Under the pieces are notes generated by a model that did not search any database, was not told the DNA's origin, and worked only from the letters and a program-made list of their open reading frames with translations. 64,000 nt of DNA from Bacteroidia bacterium (lineage in GTDB: Bacteria; Bacteroidota; Bacteroidia; M30B66): assembly GCA_046302715.1 (NCBI GenBank), contig JBKCHQ010000106.1, positions 2,091 to 66,090 of the forward strand, in the 5' to 3' direction. The stretch's first letter is position 1. The number at the start of each line of letters is the position of its first letter. Both the position numbers and the translations under genes were made by a program. Below, piece by piece: positions 58,474 to 64,000 of the stretch.

Positions 58474-60642
58474 TTAATCACCTATTTTGATCCATCGAAT
58501 TAAATCAGATCCGTTTGGACCTGCTACTTTTATTAGATAAAAACCATTAGGTAAGCTCTGAGATTCCAGAGTAACTTCACGACTAGCGTTTAGCTCCAGT
58601 GTTGTAACAAGCTTGCCATCAGCAGTGCTTATCTGAATACTTGATATTGGATATTCTGCTTTTATGTTTATCCAATCCTTACCCGGATTAGGGTACACCA
58701 AAAGAGTCCCGTCTTTTTTAAGTGAGTTTATACTGTTTGAAGTTTGACCTTTGTAGAAGATTAATCCACCACTCATATTTCCAACAATCAAATGGGGGAG
58801 TTCATTAGGGGCTGACTGATATACCGCAGGACTGATAAACCGACCCTCATCAATAGCATTGAGCATGGAGTCTTTTAATACTAAACTGTTGTTGTTCAAT
58901 ATTTCCCAAACAAACAACTGCCCCCGTTCAGATCCTGAAAACAAATATTTTTTATTCTGATAGGTGCAAATTCTAGGAGCGCTGTATCCGTAATTGCTAA
59001 CTTCTTCCTCGATAGTTTCAGCTTCATTCCATAAAGATGTTTCGAAAACATTGTTAAATAATGGATTTGAATTAGATCCTATATTTAAAAATACCTTAAA
59101 GTAACCTTGCTTATTACCAGATATAAGATCCTTTTTTTGATCATTGTTTACATCATAAAATTCAGGATAGGACACATCGCCTGCATCACACATATTGCCC
59201 CAATTGATAGCCGCCCAAATTGAAGGGCCGTTTTGTGTATAAAATAGAAAGGTGCCGTTTGTAAGTCCGAGACATAATTCGGCTTTGCCGTCGCCCGTTA
59301 GATCAGCGAGGGCTGGATTAAGCGAGGGTTGGTTTAAGGAACTTAGGTTTGCAAAATCGTTGGTACGAAAAGTAAATTCAGGCGTAGCTGATGTTCCTGT
59401 ATTTTCGTAGTAAGCCACTTTAGAAGTGTATGTGCCTTCTGGTGCGCCGTTAAAAGGAGGAGTGAAAATTCCGCCGGTACCCACTACCAGATCTAAATCT
59501 GAATCGCCGTCAATATCGCCCAAAGCAGGGGTTGAGTTAAGCCCGAAATCGAGCATTTCGTTGCACAGAAATGGACTTTCGGGACCGGTGAATTTATAAG
59601 CGGCATCCGCAATGGTAGGGTAGCGAACTAGGGTACTTTCTGCGTTAATCGAGCCAATATCGGTGTTTGGGGCCAGCAAAAGATCGGGCAACGAATCTGA
59701 GTTGGTATTAACACTAAAAAGTCCCGGAAACAGGTAGATTCCAGTTTGTTCCCATTGTTCTGTAGGGTATTGCGGCGGTGTAGGTATGATGTTGTCGGTA
59801 ATGCCCAATGGTTGATTTATAAGAAAGAGAGGTGTTTCGTAGGCTACGTCACCCAGAACGAGATCGGCATCACCGTCGAGGTCGAGGTCGTTCATAAGAA
59901 GGGTTGAGCCGCTGTGGCGCTCGTTGCGTCCGCAGCTGTCGTTAAGATTAATGGTATTGGTTGTTGCCGATTCGGTGAAGCGCCCCCAATTGTCGGATTC
60001 GAGCCTGAAGATTAAGGAGTCGCTGCCAAAACCAGACTCTTGACTTAAGTTTCGATGGTATTCGACGCAGGTGCCCAAAATATAAAATGTGAGGATATCA
60101 AGGTCGCCGTCGGAGTCAACATCTCCAATGGCGGGAATGTCAGCTCGACTCACATATAAATTAAGTGGTGAGCCAAAATAATTTGAAAAAATAAGCGGTG
60201 CGCTCAGTTCAAAGTTTAAAAGGCCTTGGTTTACAAACCCCGTATACACCTTAATGCCGTTTAGTGCGGAGCAAAACAAATCTTCAATGCCATCGTTATT
60301 GTAATCGGCCATATGAAACCAATCACCAATATCAGGCATTAGTCGCTTGTAGTGAGGTGCATACTTCCAGGAAGCGCGTTGGTCTGTTGTTTCAAAAACC
60401 GATATTCTGTTCCCTGAGCGATCGAGGATGACAATTTCGGCTAATCCGTCGCGGTTGAGATCGGCTTCCTGTATTTGCGGTGCATTGAAACCGCCCGCCC
60501 AGGCATTCGATAGTGGGCTTGTAGAATTTTCTGGAAATATGGGAGTGTTTCCCCAGTATTCAAATTCAAATGGTAAATTTTGACTGTAAGTCGGTGAAAA
60601 TATCCACAAGCTCAACCACAAGAAAATGATACCGACTTTCAT
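58474..60642 (-). CDS. FG-GAP/VCBS-repeat protein with T9SS C-terminal sorting domain
   Basis: Repeated DxDGDGxxD calcium-binding FG-GAP-like motifs (DVDSDGDLD, DLDLDGDAD, DIDGDSDLD). The C-terminus LLVYPNPGKDWINIKAEY...NGFYLIKV is a T9SS sorting domain. Confidence 0.65.
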   Translation of the reverse strand: MKVGIIFLWLSLWIFSPTYSQNLPFEFEYWGNTPIFPENSTSPLSNAWAGGFNAPQIQEADLNRDGLAEIVILDRSGNRISVFETTDQRASWKYAPHYKRLMPDIGDWFHMADYNNDGIEDLFCSALNGIKVYTGFVNQGLLNFELSAPLIFSNYFGSPLNLYVSRADIPAIGDVDSDGDLDILTFYILGTCVEYHRNLSQESGFGSDSLIFRLESDNWGRFTESATTNTINLNDSCGRNERHSGSTLLMNDLDLDGDADLVLGDVAYETPLFLINQPLGITDNIIPTPPQYPTEQWEQTGIYLFPGLFSVNTNSDSLPDLLLAPNTDIGSINAESTLVRYPTIADAAYKFTGPESPFLCNEMLDFGLNSTPALGDIDGDSDLDLVVGTGGIFTPPFNGAPEGTYTSKVAYYENTGTSATPEFTFRTNDFANLSSLNQPSLNPALADLTGDGKAELCLGLTNGTFLFYTQNGPSIWAAINWGNMCDAGDVSYPEFYDVNNDQKKDLISGNKQGYFKVFLNIGSNSNPLFNNVFETSLWNEAETIEEEVSNYGYSAPRICTYQNKKYLFSGSERGQLFVWEILNNNSLVLKDSMLNAIDEGRFISPAVYQSAPNELPHLIVGNMSGGLIFYKGQTSNSINSLKKDGTLLVYPNPGKDWINIKAEYPISSIQISTADGKLVTTLELNASREVTLESQSLPNGFYLIKVAGPNGSDLIRWIKIGD

Positions 60643-61173
60643 TTAGTATTTGATGAGGCTATGAATGGGCATTTGATGTTTGGCCAACATTTGGCTGCCT
60701 TTTAGAAATTCGAGCTCTACTACAAATGAAAAACCTGCAACACGGGCATGTTGTAATTTAATTAGTTCGGCCGCTGCAGAGGCGGTGCCGCCTGTGGCGA
60801 GCAGGTCGTCGTGTACGAGAACATTCCATTGGGGCTTTAAGCTGTTAACGTGCATTTCTACCGTGGCGCTTCCATACTCCAAGTCATAGGCATATGAAAT
60901 GGTTTTATAGGGGAGCTTGCCTGCTTTTCGTACCGGTACAAAGGGGATTTTAAGATGTTGAGCCATTAGCATCCCAAAAAGGAATCCACGACTTTCAACG
61001 CCCACAATAGCATCGAGGGCTTTTTCCTTGAACGGTAAAACGAGGTGTTCGGTAATTTCTGTGCATAATTCCGGATTTTCGAGCAGGGGCGTTATGTCTT
61101 TAAACAGAATGCCAGGTTTCGGGAAATCGGCTACATCGCGGATGGTAGACTTTAGTTTTTCTTCGATATTCAT
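60643..61173 (-). CDS. apt: adenine phosphoribosyltransferase
   Basis: 176 aa with VGVESRGFLFG and the PRPP loop VHDDLLATGGTASAA. Confidence 0.9.
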   Translation of the reverse strand: MNIEEKLKSTIRDVADFPKPGILFKDITPLLENPELCTEITEHLVLPFKEKALDAIVGVESRGFLFGMLMAQHLKIPFVPVRKAGKLPYKTISYAYDLEYGSATVEMHVNSLKPQWNVLVHDDLLATGGTASAAAELIKLQHARVAGFSFVVELEFLKGSQMLAKHQMPIHSLIKY

Positions 61174-62072
61174 TCAAACGAAAGATAAGGGGCCAATTTC
61201 CAAATCTGTTCCGGACGTAAAGCGTATATTTTATTTAAATCCGCAGCCGAATGAAATGGGCCATTTTTACTGCGGTAATTTACGATCCTTTTTCCAACTC
61301 CGTACCAGCAATACGGATGCTTTTGAATTTCTTCGAATGATATGGTGTTGATTTTAATTTTTCGGATTAATGCACTGTCCACGAATAATTTGCCGCTCCA
61401 TGCTTGAAGGAGCGAATCGCTAAATCCTTTTATTTCTACAAGTTGATTTAATCGATAATATCCTCCGAGTGCCTCGCGTCGTCGCAGTATCTTGCTTGCA
61501 CGCCAGGGGCCAATACCGGGCACACCAATAAGCGTTAACGAGTCGGTACTGTTTAGCTCTACGGGCTTAATCGGGCGGCTTTGTTTTGAGGAAAAATCTC
61601 GGGTGTCTTCTGTCAAAGGGATGTAGATAAATGGCTCCAGTTCAGTGTATTTTTCTTCGTTTACGCAGAATAGTTTTTTTACGTCTTCCTTTCGGTAAAA
61701 TGTAAAGCCTTTTGTTCGGATGTTTAGGATTGCCTGGGCCTGTTTGGGACTAAAGCCCAGATTTATCCAGCCCTGTTGGTCAAGTGTATTGGGGTCGAAG
61801 GTAAACAGTTCAATTTCCTGCTTCTTGGGTTTGTCCTTCACGTTTAAATTACGATTCATTTGCTCGGCAATCCATTTTTCTTCGGGGCTTTCTACGGTAA
61901 CTTGCCAGGGTTCTTCTGTTGCCTTATAGTTGAGGTAATAGGCCCTTGACAGCTCGAGAATAATCAGTAAAAAAGAAAGGATAAGGATGCCCCTTATTTC
62001 GGTTGGTGAGTGGCTAAAGTATGCCATTAAAAATTTTCTCATGGCGGTAAAGTAATTACAGCCTGAGCGCAT
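61170..62072 (-). CDS. ComEA-like tandem helix-hairpin-helix DNA-binding protein
   Basis: Transmembrane or signal anchor, then two HhH-type segments (LTLIGVPGIGPWRASKIL, YCWYGVGKRIVNYR). Its stop overlaps the apt start as ATGA. Confidence 0.5.
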   Translation of the reverse strand: MRSGCNYFTAMRKFLMAYFSHSPTEIRGILILSFLLIILELSRAYYLNYKATEEPWQVTVESPEEKWIAEQMNRNLNVKDKPKKQEIELFTFDPNTLDQQGWINLGFSPKQAQAILNIRTKGFTFYRKEDVKKLFCVNEEKYTELEPFIYIPLTEDTRDFSSKQSRPIKPVELNSTDSLTLIGVPGIGPWRASKILRRREALGGYYRLNQLVEIKGFSDSLLQAWSGKLFVDSALIRKIKINTISFEEIQKHPYCWYGVGKRIVNYRSKNGPFHSAADLNKIYALRPEQIWKLAPYLSFE

Positions 62073-62124
62073 GAGTTGTTATGAAACGTTTATAAACGTT
62101 TAAAACGGGAAATCCACACCCTGT

Positions 62125-63558
62125 TTATTTCTTTAAGTCGGAGAGATAATTCTTCAGGTCAAATTTAACCTCTGCATGTAAAATATATAGCGCCAGCATG
62201 TTGGGAAGCGCCATGGCCAGAATCATTAAATCGCCCAAGTCAGTTACAGCTTTAAGACTTAAGGTGCAGCCCATCACTGTGCAGGTTAAAAAAAGTAGGT
62301 TGTAGGCATGTCTTACCCAAAGTTTATCGCCAAATAAATAAGTCCAAGCTTTAAGTCCATAATACGACCATGAAATCATAGTTGAAAAGGCAAAAAGAAA
62401 AACGGCGACGGTAAGCAAAATGGGGAACCAGGAAATTACCGAGCCAAAAGCCCGCGATGTTAGGGCCGTGCCTTCAATGTTTCCGGTGGTGTATTGTCCG
62501 GTGAAAACGATGACCAAAGCAGTCATGGTACAAATTACTACGGTATCAATAAAGGGTTCGAGCAAGGCCACGATGCCCTCGCTTACGGGCTTATCGGTTT
62601 TAGCGGCAGCGTGCGCTATGGACGCCGAACCAATTCCGGCTTCGTTCGAAAATGCAGCGCGACGAAAGCCCGTCATCATCACCCCCAGAAAACCACCCTG
62701 AACGGCAGTACTGCCAAACGCTTCGGTAAAAATCAAGCGAGCAACGGCGGCCATTTGATCGATATTGTAGAAGATGATAAACAAGGCACTTCCTACATAA
62801 AGCATGGCCATAAATGGAACAATTTTCTCAGCCACACGGGCAATACCTTTTAATCCGCCAATGATTACCGAACCTGTTAATAAGGCCAGCAAAACCCCAA
62901 ACATGGTGGCATTTCCTTCGAGAACTGGAACTTGGGTGGTGACTTGCGCAAATGCCTGATTGGCCTGCAACATATTTCCTCCGGCTAGGGCTCCGCCAAC
63001 GCATAAAACAGAAAATAAGGTTGCCATAAATATGCCGATTTTGTTTAATCCTAGTCGGCTAAATGCTATTGGTATGTAATGCATCGGGCCTCCCGAAACT
63101 TCGCCTGAAGCATTTATTTTTCGGTATTTTAGGCCAAGGGTACATTCGGTAAACTTCGAAGTCATGCCCAGCAACCCGGCCACAATCATCCAAAATGTAG
63201 CCCCCGGACCACCTACCGAAATAGCAACAGCTACCCCTGCAATATTACCCAAGCCAACAGTAGCGGATAGGGCAGTGGATAGGGCTTGGAAATGACTCAC
63301 TTCGCCTGTTTCGCCTGGTTTGTCGTATTTACCGCGTACCAAATCGATGGCAAGTTTAAAACAACGGAAGTTTACGAAACGCATTCTAAACGTTAGAAAG
63401 ATAGCGCCAGAGATAAGCCACAAAACGATAAACGGAACTTTGGCTCCCAGTTGCACACCCATGGCAGCGAATGGATCCCAAAAGATAACTGCGTCGAGTG
63501 CGTTTATTAATGGAGAAAGCAATTCCTCTGAAAACGAAGTAGTTAAAGCTGCGCTCAT
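62125..63558 (-). CDS. alanine/glycine:cation symporter (AGCS family)
   Basis: 477 aa and polytopic, with conserved AGCS segments (GGPGATFWM, FSNEAGIGSASIAHAAAKT). Confidence 0.85.
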   Translation of the reverse strand: MSAALTTSFSEELLSPLINALDAVIFWDPFAAMGVQLGAKVPFIVLWLISGAIFLTFRMRFVNFRCFKLAIDLVRGKYDKPGETGEVSHFQALSTALSATVGLGNIAGVAVAISVGGPGATFWMIVAGLLGMTSKFTECTLGLKYRKINASGEVSGGPMHYIPIAFSRLGLNKIGIFMATLFSVLCVGGALAGGNMLQANQAFAQVTTQVPVLEGNATMFGVLLALLTGSVIIGGLKGIARVAEKIVPFMAMLYVGSALFIIFYNIDQMAAVARLIFTEAFGSTAVQGGFLGVMMTGFRRAAFSNEAGIGSASIAHAAAKTDKPVSEGIVALLEPFIDTVVICTMTALVIVFTGQYTTGNIEGTALTSRAFGSVISWFPILLTVAVFLFAFSTMISWSYYGLKAWTYLFGDKLWVRHAYNLLFLTCTVMGCTLSLKAVTDLGDLMILAMALPNMLALYILHAEVKFDLKNYLSDLKK

Positions 63559-64000
63559 GATTGTTTTTCGAGTTGATGTTGCAAAATGGCTAACCCTTCT
63601 TCGAACGAATGCGGGTTATACCCCAGTATGCGACGTGATTTGCTTAAATCGAAACCGGTACGTGGCGGGCGTTTGGCAGGCTGGTTCAGGCTAGCCGAGT
63701 CGCTTCGTTGCACGATGGATTTGTCGAGGTGGAAAAAATCGGCAACACGATTCACGAGTTCAAAGATGCTCATATAATCAGGGCCCGAGATGTTAAATAT
63801 GCCCTGAGCATTTTGGGTAGCCGCCAATAAACAGCCATCGGCCAAATCTTCCGCCAGCGTAGGCATTCGAAATTGGTCGTCGACCACTTTTATGGGTGCG
63901 CCTTTTTCTAACGCTGATTTTGCCCAAAGTACCACGTTGGATCTACTCATGTTATCGACTACGCCGAAAACCAATATGGTTCGAAGTATGGCCCATGATG
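63555..64000 (-). CDS. rfbD: dTDP-4-dehydrorhamnose reductase (RfbD-like) C-terminal part; N-terminus outside the window
   Basis: This is the C-terminal region of the NAD(P)-dependent epimerase/reductase fold (MPTLAEDLADGCL...NISGPDYMSIFEL). The ORF runs to the window edge, and its stop overlaps the symporter start. Confidence 0.55.
   Translation of the reverse strand, partial: SWAILRTILVFGVVDNMSRSNVVLWAKSALEKGAPIKVVDDQFRMPTLAEDLADGCLLAATQNAQGIFNISGPDYMSIFELVNRVADFFHLDKSIVQRSDSASLNQPAKRPPRTGFDLSKSRRILGYNPHSFEEGLAILQHQLEKQS

Noticed and set aside
1-64000. CRISPR arrays, tandem repeats, IS elements or prophage
   Set aside because: No array of regularly spaced direct repeats and no transposase-like ORF is present. 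Only short simple runs (poly-T after terminators, CCA repeats in tonB) were seen.

Overview
This 64 kb window looks like a chromosomal segment from a Bacteroidota genome. The evidence is several secreted proteins with type IX secretion (T9SS) C-terminal sorting domains, a long-form NusB, a complete alternative-complex-III/caa3 respiratory operon, a cluster of exbB, two exbD, tonB and a PstS-like gene, and an rpsU-xerC pair. Gene density is high, overlapping stop/start junctions between adjacent genes are frequent, and there is no CRISPR array, insertion sequence, prophage or obvious defence island. Most of the window is housekeeping: a pyrR-like phosphoribosyltransferase, nusB, a leucine/Glu-family dehydrogenase, an MsbA-like ABC exporter, a NUDIX CoA pyrophosphatase, ubiX, queG, ruvB, the actABCDEF-coxBA respiratory operon, rimP-nusA-infB, rpsU, xerC, tRNA-Pro(GGG), yebC, apt, an AGCS symporter and a truncated rfbD. 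Five regions look less ordinary:
1. 10.9-17.0 kb is a cluster of thioredoxin-fold proteins aimed at the periplasm, the outer membrane and the T9SS.
2. 5.8-10.0 kb is a three-gene unit made of a BatA-like double-transmembrane protein, a catalytically degenerate dihydroorotase-like protein and a secreted protein, with overlapping stop/start junctions.
3. 17.7-20.5 kb is a cassette of a GT2 polyprenyl-phosphate sugar synthase, a methyltransferase and a GT39-like membrane glycosyltransferase.
4. 49.8-54.6 kb holds a 1044-aa TPR protein whose stop codon overlaps the start of a 560-aa outer-membrane barrel.
5. 54.6-57.5 kb holds a lipoprotein (possibly MbnP-like) followed by two tandem di-heme cytochrome c peroxidases.
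In the ORF track, actC (the NrfD-like membrane subunit of alternative complex III) is interrupted by a single in-frame TAA. All calls rest on reading the provided translations and local sequence, since no database searches could be run.
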